Notes under the pieces: generated by a model
Seen by the model: the letters and a program-made list of their open reading frames with translations, nothing else
Told to the model about the DNA's origin: nothing
Databases searched by the model: none
Part shown: positions 49,950 to 63,343 of the stretch, piece by piece
Numbering within the stretch: the first letter of the stretch is position 1
How the letters are laid out: each line of letters begins with the position of its first letter
Source: Octopus bimaculoides
Lineage: Eukaryota
Direction of reading: 5' to 3'
DNA length: 64,000 nucleotides
Assembly: GCF_001194135.2 (NCBI RefSeq)
Contig: NC_068981.1
Location: forward strand, 40,209,633-40,273,632
Program-made: the position numbers and the translations under genes

Positions 49950-50900
49950 TTCCTCCTCTCTGCTATTCCTCCTCACCGAGCGTAGTGAAGAAAATTGCAT
50001 TTCTGGCGATAAAGTCACCGCTTTTTCAGACAATTCTTCTTCCTATCCCATACTCTACATACATAGAAACCACTTCTATGAACCCAATACATATCTCCTC
50101 GATAAACACGGTCACCAAGTGCAAAATCTTCTCCAGTTTCTCTAATCAAACAAGGAGATTGGATTTCCCAGTTTCCCCGTCATTAATTTCAGTCAGACTT
50201 TGTTCGAAAGTAGTATTTCCTATCTCTCTGAAATTTCTCTCTCAGAATGTACTACACATGGAAAGATAACTGTGTTAGCTCTTCCAGAAACCAAGGGGGA
50301 AAAAACACTTTTTTGTTCCTGCCAACAGCAGCTTTATCTAATCGTCTTCTAGTATCTAAAATAAAGTACAGACAGCCATAAATGATCCCCTTTTTCTATC
50401 TTCCCAATATGACTTCTTTCCATAGTATCAGATCTGCTAAAGAACCTCTTTCTTATGTCTTCTTCTGGTATTCTTCCTTGAGAACTTTGACGAATAAACT
50501 GTTTTTGCTTTTCGCCTTGTCTACATGAAATGTAGGAATGTTTGCCAGAGGGCTACATTCATATTTCATCTCTAGGATCAGCGTCTGCTGGAGGTAGAGC
50601 TTATACCGATCCACACTCAATAATTATGGACTGCCCCAGTATCCAGGTATGGGTTCCGCTTGATTTTGATGATACACATGTACGTACTGCTACTTCTGAC
50701 CACACTGTTTTCTATACAAGATTATATTACCCTTCAAACTTCCTTAACTTTATCAAGAGAGGTCTTGGATAATTTCCGTCAACAACACAAAGACAGAATC
50801 ACAATTCATTACTTCTCCCTTACGCATGAACAATCCACAACAAAAAACAAAAACATCAAATTTATTTCAATACTAGCTTGCACAATATTTTATAACATTT
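49950..50900 (-). mobile_element. Possible decayed LINE remnant
   Basis: Purine-rich minus strand with broken frames, including a GDFIAR (GDFN-like) motif. Confidence 0.3.
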
Positions 50901-52328
50901 CATGGCAACCAATATATCTATGACAACGCTAGGGTCTACAATTCAAAAGACACGCTGCATATCCAGGATTACATAATACTTCAGCTAAGACTCGCTATAA
51001 AGTACAAATAAGACTCAAATTAGAATACTGCATCCCTATCAGAGCCTGAATAAGTAAACTGCTCCTCTCTTTGTCATCATCTCACTAAATACTTTGTTCA
51101 GTCCTTCTCAAAATGCATTCCTTTTTAATTCCCTTTTTATGTAAGTTGTGTTATCGCTTCTTAACCGCCATGTCAGAACTGATCGTACACACCTATGATT
51201 AAATGTTTATTTTGGTCATCCCAGCTTTCCCCGAGTATCTAAGGCTTCGTTATCATATATGTCCTTGTTGTGTGTAATACAATCGGTTATTTCGAGAGAG
51301 AGAGAGAGAGAGCGGAAAGGTTTGGCCGCAATTTATAGCATATCAATCAACCACATAGAGGCTCATTCACTCGCTCAGTTTCCATACGGGCATCAGTCTA
51401 GACTAGTTTCAACTGAACACCGATAACATCGATCAAATCAAATAAAGGTCACTGACACCACCGCTAATCCTTTCATTAATAATAATGAGAAATTTAATTA
51501 ATCAATTGCTCTAATGTTCCAGAGTTAGCAGTATGTCAGTTCTAGCTCTGACAATGATGATCAATTCTAAAATCCAGAAATAATTAACTGCAGGAGTTGT
51601 TTCTCTGCGTGGTGTAGTGATTGTATTTGAAAATGTATATTTTGCACAAGTCACGATACTGTTCAGATCAGACAGTAAGTATAACTATGAAACCACAGAG
51701 ACATATCGCGTTTTCCCAATAGCATTAGTAACATACTTCAACAGGGCTATTGCAACTGGGAATCAAAACAGGGTCGTAACTTCCGCTCTAAAAGATGCAG
51801 CGGCGGCAGTGCGGCGCCTGCAATCAACTATAACTCATGCAAGCAAATAGAATAGAATAAGATTTTTGATTTGTTAGAGAAATTCGAGAAAATATAAAAG
51901 GCATCAGATTTAAAGTGAATATATAAACTATTATCAAGAAATTTCAATAAACATATCCCAGGAGTTTTCAATAACATAAATCCCAACTGTACACATAAGA
52001 ATTGTACGAATTTGTGTACACACGCGCACATATACGTGTGGTCTATATGTGTGCATTACATACATTCATATTGGTAAGAATATATATGTGCGCTTGCGTG
52101 TCTGTGTGTGTACATATATATGTATATATGTATGCATACGTATATATATATTATTTAGTTACGCATCCATACAGATTTTATACACAATCACACACACGTT
52201 TCACTGATAATTCTCTACCAATTCTCGGGGAAACGAAACAGTTATCTCTGTAAACCTTAGCTAAAAAAATATATATATAGCATTCTACATCCTTCAGTAT
52301 CGAGTGCTTTATATTGTGTGCACGTGTG

Positions 52329-52369
<41 letters not shown>

Positions 52370-52409
52370 CATGGGAATAAAAACCTCATAGGTAATAATT
52401 ATTATTAAA

Positions 52410-52658
52410 ATTATAATTAAGGGTATCTAAAAGATACCACCATGCTAGATATAGCAGCCGAAACTTGACTCTAAAACCAACGCAAAGCATTTCCTATGCA
52501 AAGCCAGAAATCCGGGATCGAGAATTATCCAATAATCCTTTTGCTAGTTTATTTTGTCTCATTGTCTTCTCTCCTGGTGCTGTATGAACATTTAATGTGG
52601 TTTTATAGTCAAGTTTTGGTTGCTATATCTACATGGTGGTATCTTTTAGATACCCTTA

Positions 52659-52666
<8 letters not shown>
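52410..52666. mobile_element. MITE with about 68-bp terminal inverted repeats
   Basis: ATTATAATTAAGGGTATCTAAAAGATACCACCATG.. is mirrored at the right end; abuts (TA)n. Confidence 0.85.
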
Positions 52667-52712
<46 letters not shown>

Positions 52713-52792
52713 TTTCGACTCGAAACTGAACCCAAATCTCTCAGCTCACAAATATTTGTGCTCAAATTTTGTTTATTTTCGTTTAACGTTAC

Positions 52793-52919
52793 TGGGTTGT
52801 TCTCATAACTATTTCTGGGAAACCGGGTGTCAGCAATCTTAATGATAACTTGTCGAAATTGCTTTCATCTTCAGTCAACAGCTGACGAGAAGATATAGTT
52901 TCCATCTTTGTAACTTGGC
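52793..52919 (-). CDS. Putative exon: QVTKMETISSRQLLTEDESNFDKLSLRLLTPGFPEIVMRTT
   Basis: 41 open codons, only one open frame; acceptor atgcacag; donor CA|gtaacg; phase 1 to 2 bridges both neighbours. Confidence 0.6.
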
Positions 52920-53549
52920 CTGTGCATTTTACCCGTTGTTTGTGCCTAATTTTCCTTTAAAAATTTATAAGGCTATTAAGTTTTGAGAAATTTTATGATT
53001 TATTTATGTATAATGTATCACTGCGTTGATTTGTAACGTGTATTACGCTATTAATAATCTTTAATATTTATTCTCATATTTGTAGAATTCCATATAAAAC
53101 AAGTTGACTGCAGTTTTATATAAAATGCAGTCAAGTGATGTTTTTTCTATCTAATTTATTTCTATTTACTGTTTTATGATGAGTCGCTATGGCTTTCGAA
53201 AGTTTTGGAGCGTTTTTTCAAATGCCATGACGGAATAAACTAGTGTGTTGGTAACGTCCACTTTTGAATGAGCACTATTTGATTCCTATACGCATTGTTC
53301 GTATGGTAGCAGTGAATTCGTCAGCACAGTACACAATGTTTTATATTTTTATTTTATGCAGATCATTCGTATATCTGCATAAACGAATGCAGATATACGT
53401 TTATATCTGCATATAAACGTATATTTGCTCGTATGCAATATTTATGCAGTGTGAAGTTTTTATGAGTGCCGCGTAGGCATATTACAGGTGTGATTAAGAT
53501 GTTCGATTTATAACTAAGTTCGGATTAATTGCGCTGCTCGATACCTTAC

Positions 53550-53640
53550 CTTGAAAGAACATCTTCCTCCATACTCTGAGATCAACCAAAATCTTCTTAT
53601 TGAATGTCACATACGAAATCCTGTGGATTTTTCTTGGATG
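53550..53640 (-). CDS. Putative exon: HPRKIHRISYVTFNKKILVDLRVWRKMFFQ
   Basis: Strong donor AAG|gtaagg, phase 1; acceptor uncertain (taagtttag at 53640 assumed). Confidence 0.55.
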
Positions 53641-54439
53641 CTAAACTTAATACGTTGTCCTCACTATTTAGCACTAAAGTGCCTTTAACATAGTCCAATC
53701 TGTTGCAAGTATCCATGTTACGTTTCTGGTCTTCAGATAACTTCCTTCCTTCTTGAAGGCTCTGAAAAGAGTTATGATTCCCTACTATCCTTTCTCTGCT
53801 TCAATCATTATAAAATACTTCGATACGTTTGCATGTGGTTGTAGATTAACTTTTTGTTGTTCTTGTTGACCGCTGCTGAAAATGGTAGCTTTTAAGATAA
53901 TAGACAATCATTGAAAAGGTATCTAATTCGCCAGAACTAAGACAAACATCACACAAAGAGGCCAGGGGATTAACATGCACGCAAGAAAATCTTTAGATCA
54001 ATGAAATTTGCGGGATTAAGAAGATGGAAGGGATAATTTCGATGCCTCTATGAAAAGCTGTTTTAATAGAAATATCGTGGAATTTTACAGGTATGATAGA
54101 TTTATGATGCTGAATAGTATGAGTACACTTTCATCTGATGTCCTCAAAAAATGAATACAACATTCAATAAACTGGATCTGAGGATAACAGCAGGAGCGAA
54201 CTTAATTACGGTAGACATCATTGTATTTTGGTCTAAACTAAATTAACTAAATCATCCCAAAAGAATCTAATTATGCCCAATGCCACCAAAAATATACCTC
54301 ATATTTACAATCCATTGATGTTTACAGTTGACCGGATGGACTAATTTAATGAAATGTTAGTTATGAGACTTGTTTACTTTATCTTTAATTGACATATTTC
54401 AGATTTACACCTTGGTGTACTGACCACTTTTGTGCATCG

Positions 54440-54603
54440 AGCGCTACTCTCTACAACGGTGGCCTTTGATATACAGGTAGTTCTTCTTTTCGCAAGCTGA
54501 GTGTCCTTGAGCGATGTTAAATAAAATGTCTTGGATACAACACGCTGCCAGATATCGAACTCATGATCGTGAGCCGAATACCCTAACCGCTGAGCCACGC
54601 ACT
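54440..54603 (-). mobile_element. tRNA-derived SINE (family C)
   Basis: Reverse complement has GTGGCTCAGCGGTTAGGG A box and GAGTTCGATATC B box. Confidence 0.75.
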
Positions 54604-55611
54604 TGATATATGTATGTATATATATNNNNNNNNNNNNNNNNNNNNNNNNNNNNNNNNNNNNNNNNNNNNNNNNNNNNNNNNNNNNNNNNNNNNNNNNNNN
54701 NNNNNNNNNNNNNNNNNNNNNNNNNNNNNNNNNNNNNNNNNNNNNNNNNNNNNNNNNNNNNNNNNNNNNNNNNNNNNNNNNNNNNNNNNNNNNNNNNNNN
54801 NNNNNNNNNNNNNNNNNNNNNNNNNNNNNNNNNNNNNNNNNNNNNNNNNNNNNNNNNNNNNNNNNNNNNNNNNNNNNNNNNNNNNNNNNNNNNNNNNNNN
54901 NNNNNNNNNNNNNNNNNNNNNNNNNNNNNNNNNNNNNNNNNNNNNNNNNNNNNNNNNNNNNNNNNNNNNNNNNNNNNNNNNNNNNNNNNNNNNNNNNNNN
55001 NNNNNNNNNNNNNNNNNNNNNNNNNNNNNNNNNNNNNNNNNNNNNNNNNNNNNNNNNNNNNNNNNNNNNNNNNNNNNNNNNNNNNNNNNNNNNNNNNNNN
55101 NNNNNNNNNNNNNNNNNNNNNNNNNNNNNNNNNNNNNNNNNNNNNNNNNNNNNNNNNNNNNNNNNNNNNNNNNNNNNNNNNNNNNNNNNNNNNNNNNNNN
55201 NNNNNNNNNNNNNNNNNNNNNNNNNNNNNNNNNNNNNNNNNNNNNNNNNNNNNNNNNNNNNNNNNNNNNNNNNNNNNNNNNNNNNNNNNNNNNNNNNNNN
55301 NNNNNNNNNNNNNNNNNNNNNNNNNNNNNNNNNNNNNNNNNNNNNNATATATATATATATATAAACTTGTCGTATGATGGAGGGTGAGTAAAAGAGATAA
55401 AGAAAATACTTGCCACTATTATCCCCAGCATCAGTGTGATATTAAATGTTAAAGCGACAGAGAAGTGATAGGGTCACAGAGGTTATCTATTGTTACCATA
55501 TATTAGCTAGCTTTGTCTTAACATAATTACTGTAGTGAACACCAAAATATTATTTAGAGTTACTTATGTGGCGAAAAAAAAAACATTAGATCAATTATAT
55601 TATTTTAATGG

Positions 55612-55800
55612 TTTCACAAGGCCAACAATTTTTAGGAGAGAAGGTAAACTGATACCATCGACTCCAGAAGTTGACTAATATTTTATTTTCTTAATTCCGA
55701 AACGATGAAAGGCGATAACCACGACAGGATTCGAACTTAGAGTGTAAAAAAGCTGAATAAATGCCGCACGTCATATTTTCGTACGCTCTAATGACTCTAC
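55612..55800 (-). mobile_element. Degenerate family A SINE
   Basis: CACAAGGCC..ATCGAC..CCGAAACGATGAAAGGC..TTCGAACTTAG motifs. Confidence 0.6.
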
Positions 55801-55996
55801 CATCGTACAGTCCATATTTTTATAATTTCAGCAATTATAGGAGACCACTCCGACATATTTCGATCATATTAGATATCTTCAATGAAGCTTAGATCTCATC
55901 GTACTTATCGAAATAGTGATGCACGAACCATTAAGCAGATGAATACAGTTCAGCATAATTTAAAAATTGAGATTAATCATTATTCATGGATATCAC

Positions 55997-56164
55997 AAGC
56001 ATGTTAAACGATAAGGTCCTGGTGCCGGTAGACAAACGTCTCTCAGCTGGAAGATTCTTCCTAGATCTGTAATCTAGGGAATTAATTATAACACGGTCTA
56101 AATTGTTCATACAAGTACCAATTAGAAGTTTAAGCAGAACATCAAACATATCGTTCTCATTAGT
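55997..56164 (-). CDS. Putative exon: TNENDMFDVLLKLLIGTCMNNLDRVIINSLDYRSRKNLPAERRLSTGTRTLSFNML
   Basis: 56 open codons; acceptor ttttcaggctctgctag; moderate donor CTT|gtgata; phase 0 to 0. Confidence 0.45.
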
Positions 56165-56574
56165 CTAGCAGAGCCTGAAAATATACTGAACGCTTTCTCC
56201 TCTCCTCCGACTAAATAATTTTTTAAAAAATTAAAGCTTATAAATTAGATTTACTGGAAGATATTTATTTATCCCCAATACAACCAATTGCTTGACCTTT
56301 CGATGTCAGAGGTAAATATCAACTATGAGCTGATGAGACCCGTTCATTTCGGAAGCTGAAGTAATGGAGTTGTGACGTATATTTCCTCTCAAAAGGCACT
56401 AGTATGCATTAGTAGTGTAATAGTTGCAACTAGGTGTGGCATCTGGGTTAGATACTATACTTACGAGAAACATTTTAGGTACGGGGTGTGTGAGTAGTTT
56501 AAAAACAATAGAAAAACCAATCATAGAAATATTTAAATCTTCACTTATAGAAACAAAGTATTTGATCGGTGAAT

Positions 56575-56697
<123 letters not shown>

Positions 56698-57699
56698 TAT
56701 TTATTTCTGTGCATGTATGTGAATGTTATTGTTAAACATCTTTGAATGAATATCAACCGGATACCGTGATATTTTTCGCATGACAGATATGTAAATGAAA
56801 CGAAAGTTCCGTAAAACGTTGAGTTTGGGGAAACAGGAAAGAAAGACGCTAAAATAATGTTGGGTTTGATATATGCTGTACGGTATTGTGAATACAATGC
56901 CTACGTTCAAAACAGCAGTATGGAAGCAGGGAAGCAGGAAAGCCGCCACATCGACTGCATTTTCCTTTCCACTACCACATTCACCTTATCATCCACCAAA
57001 TATCACATTGCACTCACCGATGTAATAGTCCATTTTGTAATCCTTTTCGTCATCATTATCATCATTATCATCATCAACACCATCATCGTTCTTGTCGTCA
57101 TAATCATTGCCATGATACTTTATTATCAACATCACCCATAGTAATATAATAACGTGTATGTGCGAATGAATTAATATAGTTGCTGACAATGCATCCTAAA
57201 CGCTAGGTTTCCTATTTAAGACCATATGATGCATTAGCCGCTAACCACTTGTGCACCTTCCACAAAACTCAAATGGGAAACAAATCGATTCATGTATTTA
57301 GGACATAACTACTGTTAAACGTGCAAACATGTTGGATCGCATCCAAAACAAGGTCATTCAAGTAATTGACAAATATTTACTCACTACAAAGTCTGTCTGA
57401 CTGATACACTATTCTTTTTGTCTCTTCTACTGCTAACCAGCTACCAGCATTCCTCGTCAGTCCTGAGTCGCTCGTCACATTCTTTGTTCTTTTCTTTACT
57501 CTTTATGTGCTATATTGTCAGGGTAGCGTACTTAACACTTCTCCCGACCCATTCTGTCCCAATTTACTTCAGCTAGGGAGTTACTTTGTTACTTACACAT
57601 GCTGAAACCAAACATCAGTTACATGGATTACACTAGGGTGGGAGAGCCTGCAATATGCATTAACCCTTCTCCTTTTTAAGTTATACTTTCTACTATAGA

Positions 57700-57870
57700 T
57701 ACAAGGCCCGAAATTTTGAAGACCCCAGTTTTCAACTGTTATTTATTTTATAGACTCCAAAAGGATCAACGGCAAGATCGACCTTGGATGTACTTGAGCT
57801 CAGGACAAAAATGCCGGAAGAGATTCCACTAAGCATTTTGTGCGGCACGGTAACGATTCCGCCAGCTCGC
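57700..57870 (-). mobile_element. tRNA-derived SINE (family A)
   Basis: CTAAGCATTTTG..AACGATTCCGCCAGCTCGCC is the reverse complement of the head. Confidence 0.8.
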
Positions 57871-58019
57871 CTTCTTCTTCATTTTACTGATCATAAAAGT
57901 AAGAGGCAATCAACAGAAAGTTAGTGAACGTAAATGTGCAACTAAAGTCATTAATTATCTTGACTCAAACCTGAATGTCCCATCTAAATCTAACGGTTTG
58001 TAACTTATCTAAAAAATAT

Positions 58020-59210
58020 ATTTTGGTGTTGTACTTGGGTTCATCGTCGCTGTTATTGGTCTTTCTTCTTTTTTCCTCTTCTTCCTTGCTACCACTGTCC
58101 ATTCCTTTTCCTTTCCAACCTACCTACAAGGCTCCTCATAACATTCTGTTACCCGTTTTGCTGCCATGACGTGTGGTTTCACGCTCTCCTTTGTTATGGT
58201 CTCCATAACTTTCACAGGGATGAAGTGTAATCAGCCCTTGTGTGGCCCTTCTGGCCTCCTGCCCACCACTACGATCTTCTGGCCTCCTGCCCACCACTAC
58301 GATCTTCTAGCCTCCTGCCCACCACCACGACTACCAAAATGGTGTCAGCCATAATATTTAAATCCTCTGGAGCAGCCTGAACAATCACCTCGAGCCCCCG
58401 CCCCAGCCAGCTCCGCGCTGGTATCCTTGTTTCTTGGAGGATTGAAATTTTCTCCCCCACGCCAGGAGTCATTGCAGCCACCAGCCAGGTCACACTTATC
58501 TCCGGCAGGACATCCTCCACCCTTACATTGGCTAAACACCTTCGAAGATTAGTCGGCTACAGCAGCACTTCCTGTGATTTCAAGGCTGTCACTGAGTGCT
58601 GCTTAGCCTTTTCCTCTGACTGAAATCTCACCTCGCCGACACAAACTTGTTGTCCCGAGCCAAATATTTAACCTCCGGCCAAATGGGCCCCAAGCATCTT
58701 TCAATCTGTTCTCTTGTTGCAACATCCATCTTTTTATCCTTTAAGACGTTTGATTTGTAAATTACGGTTTTTGTTTGTGCTTCTTTTAATATTTCGCTAG
58801 GAGGGGGTCAGTTCCACAACTTACCACTCCTTTTGCATCATGTTTCTGTATTTTCCTGTCTTGCATTTCCACCGTTGTGTCTTCTTTCAAAGTCCCGGTT
58901 GCTGCCGCAAAACTTTTCACTATGTTCACCTCTATCTCTTTTGCCATCTTCCCCTCCACTTTTCTAATGATTCAATCATTTCGCTTTCTAACGTACTAAC
59001 GTCTGAGAGACTTAGCTGTTCGCATTCGAAGTCCATTCTTCCACAATAAGTGTTCCTCAATCAAAACAAGGGGGAAAAGAACAAACGACCGCTGCAAAGC
59101 AGTAAGCAGAAATATATCAACAAACAAAAACAACGTTTAACAATTCAACAACAAGCGCAGCTAATCTTGATAATACCAAACTCGAAAAAGTGAGGGAGAC
59201 GAATGTCCAA
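58020..59210 (-). mobile_element. Probable 5' UTR and decayed ORF1 of a Tx1/L1-type LINE
   Basis: MDFECEQLSLSDVSTLESE start, VRVEDVLPEISVTWLVAA and EWTVVARKRKK; GC-rich relative to flanks. ORF1 identity is inferred. Confidence 0.5.
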
Positions 59211-59214
59211 ATTA

Positions 59215-61940
59215 CGAATTGATTTTATTACAGCCATGTAGGCTAAATACAGAGAGGACGATACAAAATGAGAGGGGTCGGGGATCGAATGATGAAACAT
59301 TAAAATGAGCTATTCAAAATTTACGAATTATATAAACGAATGAATGAACAACACAATAGAGTGGGGGACGGGTTCGACCCCACAAGCCCGGATCCATCAC
59401 TGAACCTTTTAGTTTCCTTTATGTTTTACACTCACGCGGCTTCATTCACTCTCAATATCCGCGTTACTTCCTTCCCATTTTTTGCCATATATAACGGACG
59501 ACAAGCGTCTCCTCTCCAACCTTAGTTTCCTTTTAAGATGGAAAACAAATAGGTTGAGTAAACCAGGGCCGGAGATGAAGGCACCCGTCGCCACTCTCCC
59601 CATTCGCGTCTTTCAAACAACCTCTTTCGCCAACGCTACCACAGCGGGAAAACATACTTTGCCTTCCTTATTCAAGGAGGATAGTAGAACAATCTTTATA
59701 ATCGACTCGGAAGATAGCTGTACTCTTCCCATACCTGACAACAACCGTTCGACATATACCCACATTTCCGAAATTTTCGGACACTGGACAATAATGTGCA
59801 GAACAGTTTCAATGCTCTGCTCACATCTTGGTCAAGTGGGCTGGCATGAATAGCCTAGAGAATTTATCTCGAAATGGTAAGGCTTCTCGGTAACACTGCC
59901 AAGCCAGAGACCTTTGGAAGTTGTCCAAAAGCCCCGGCCCGAATGTCCTTCGAAACAAACCAGCAAGCTGACCTTCATCGAATCCCAGGGTTACCCCCAG
60001 ATCATCGTCACACTTTGCCTCTACCAGCCTTCTATAGAATGACGAGGTGGAACCCTCACCACTGGCATTACCCGTCCGGCAGAGAAGCGCGAGTGCTGCC
60101 GACATTCGGCCAGTGACGCACCTAACTTTGGTCTACGCTTAATCTAAGGTTTCAACTCACTGAAACTAGTGAACCGAGGAAGGATCAGTTTGACGAACAG
60201 AGACCACACCTGTTCACCATCCAGGTAGAGCCAGAGATGCCTCAACCTCAGCGCATGGCTGTGCATAATTAACCACGGCATCCCTAACCCATCCTTTAGC
60301 GGCTGTTGGCAGCAAATAGAGCGCCTTACAAGTGGACCCCTGCTCCTCCACAAAAAGCGGAAGAGCAATCGTTCCATCTTGCTTAGCCATGAATCGGGAC
60401 AAAGCAGGACGGACAGGCGGTAGATAATCACAGATGCAATAAACACATTTGTGACCTCCGCCGCCCCCCTTTCAGGGATAGCCACCGCTCAGACCAGGTC
60501 TGAGTTAGGTTAGTCACCTTGCTTGCCACCTCCCTCCAATTCTTCTCTATCTGCAGGTCCGGACCTAACCAGATTCCTAGCAATTTAACCAAGCCTTTCG
60601 TCCAATGCCCAACGACGTTGTTAGGAGGTATCGACTTGCCTCTCCAGGTGCCGAGTTGCAAGCCGACTGACTTATTCCGGTTAATTTTTGCTCTTTCTAC
60701 CGCCTCGTACCCGTTAATGGCCTCACCTACCCTCTGTAGGTGGTCCAACTCGGGCACGATGATGGTGATGTCGTCCCCATGCGCCCTAACCGATCTTACG
60801 CAACCGAGATCACGTGGGACGTCCCTCATATCCTCAAACTTCCGCACTAATGGCTCCAGAGTCAATACATACAGAAGGGCTTCGAGAAGAAACCGTTCAC
60901 CCGAACGATCGAATCGATGATGTTGTATAAATCAATGATCCACCTATGGAAGTTCGGGCCAAATCCAACCGCTGCGAGGACCGTCACTAGATACCGGTGG
61001 TCAACCCTGTCAAAAGTTTAAGATTGGTCTAAATGGACCAAGCCCCACCCTTGCCAGGAAGCCTATTTGCCCTCTCTAAGGCATAGCGTAGAAAGTGGAG
61101 ATTGTCTTGAATGGACCTGCCGGGAATAGCGCAAGTTTGCGCCTCCTCGACGAGTCCTCCCGCGACACGCANNNNNNNNNNNNNNNNNNNNNNNNNNNNN
61201 NNNNNNNNNNNNNNNNNNNNNNNNNNNNNNNNNNNNNNNNNNNNNNNNNNNNNNNNNNNNNNNNNNNNNNNNNNNNNNNNNNNNNNNNNNNNNNNNNNNN
61301 NNNNNNNNNNNNNNNNNNNTTTTGCTAGTACCTTGGCCAAAATCTTCAATTCTGCGTTGAGTAGAGTGATAGGCCGAAAGTTATCTACTATATACCTCTT
61401 GTTTGGGTCCTTTCTAAGCAACACCACAACCCCCCCGGCTCACAGATCTAGCTACCCATTCTGCTACCAGTTGGTGTAGACGCGTGCTAGTAGGTGTCCA
61501 AACAAGTCTGGCATACTGAAATATAGCTCGTAGGGAAGACCATCCAGTCCCGGTGACTTGTCACCGCCACAGTACGACAAAGCCTCCCTCACTTCCGCAG
61601 TTGTGATCAGTCCATCACAGCATTCCGCCTCCCGTCCTGAGAGACGCGGCAACCCGGTTAGGAAGTCCGTGAGGTCCTCCCTATGCTCCGGTCCACCGCC
61701 CCTCCCGAACGGTTGGGCGAAATGCTTGCGAAAAACCTTGCACATCTCTTCGGGTTCGTTTACCGAACGCTCCTGTTGATCCGTCAACGACTTTATTGTG
61801 ACATCATTGTCACGTTGGGTCTCTACCACACGGGCCCATCCGACAGCATTGATTCCTTCTTGTCCCATTGCACGAAGCTTAGCTCTGACAATGCATCCGT
61901 CGTGTCTATCCTCGAATTCCAGGAACGCGGTTCAAGTTGA
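59215..61940 (-). mobile_element. 5'-truncated Tx1/L1-clade LINE (ORF2 RT and C-terminus, 3' UTR), decayed
   Basis: SPGLDGLPYELY, FRPITLLNAELKILAK, QTCAIPGRSIQDN, AHGDDITI, KLLGIW and LFRFLW..GLGMP motifs; AATAAA near 59229-59224. Confidence 0.92.
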
Positions 61941-63313
61941 TATTTATACCCATAACCTCCACGAGATGCACGTCCATTTTGGTTTTCATGACAATTGTTT
62001 GTGACTGCCGCCCACGACATTCAACGCAGCTGCATTTTGGCGTCTTGTTTCAGAGAAACTTGAAAGGTTACCTGCAATTTGGGTCTCAGCATGTCTTGGA
62101 ATAATAACACTTACATAAATAAATTTTCAGAATTTACCATGTAAAAATGACATTTGAAAAAATCGCGTTTCTTTTGCGGTTCAGTGTATCTCCAGACTTT
62201 TTTTTTTCAAAGAAAACCCCTAATGCGAAGCAAATGTTTCATCAGTTTTAGTTTTTTATACTAACAAGCTAATTTGAATATTTTTAAATATTAGAGGAGT
62301 GTAATTTGCATGTAGTATTGTCTGATATAGATAAATGTTTTATTGTTGTTTTTTTGTTGTAGTCTTTTTTTTTAAAACTAAACTGTGAGTTATATTTAAA
62401 AAATATATAAGTCGCGGCACAGAACCAAAACGTCAGCTCACAACACTATTTCTCCGAGGATTCTCCGAAATGATGAAATATAGCGTAAAAGTACAAACCC
62501 TCGACTTATTTTATACAATTTGCATTGTTTTGACTCTGAAAAAACATATCATAAAAACATTTATTTTTAAATTTATCACATACTATCTCAAATAAGATGA
62601 AGCAGTAAATATGCTTACAGTAGCTAGGGAATTGTGTAATGAAAGGAGCATCAAAATCTTTCTAAAGTACAAAGAAAATGATGTAATTCTTCAGTAAACA
62701 TTCATTCAGAAAGCTAAGTTGTTTGTTAACATGCAGAATAAGAATACTCAGACCTTATATAGTCTATGTTCAATGTAGCTAAACTCACTCTTCCCATTCC
62801 CGCCTTTTCTCTCTTCTTCATGTTATATTAAATGGACATACATGGCACGAACGATTCCAACCAGATAAATTTTCGGTAACTTGAAATACACACTGGGACC
62901 ACATTTTTACTGAAAACCAAAGGATAGATTGTTGAAAGTGGTTATGAGAATAGTTTGTTTGATTTGGAAGAGAGCTAAGATTGTATGTTTTAGCTATTCG
63001 CTAGGAGTTTAAATGTATTCTATTATTATCATGAAGTCTGCAGTCTTTTTATCCAAAAGCAATCTTTCTCAGCTTACTGCTTGCAAACAAAAGCAAACAA
63101 TAAACCTGCAATAATCCACGCACTGACTGTCGAGGTGATAATTATATAAATAGATATGTAAGCACTCACAAGACCTAGTGCTACATTATTTATCTCTCTA
63201 TTGAATATCCAGAAATGTTTCTTTCGACGAAGAGAAAATATTGGATCAAAATTCGTTCATGATACCACCCACATTGCTGCTTCTAGCTTTCATGTGCAAC
63301 CTACATGCTATAC

Positions 63314-63343
63314 CTTGTTTGCAGTGTATACGGGGAATACAAA
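63314..63343 (-). CDS. Putative 30-nt exon (FVFPVYTANK if phase 0)
   Basis: Acceptor catctcctcccag; donor AAG|gtatag; all three frames are open, so phase is not fixed. Confidence 0.4.

Noticed and set aside
56320-56365. CTGATGAG second hammerhead candidate
   Set aside because: No stem II closure and no GAAA.
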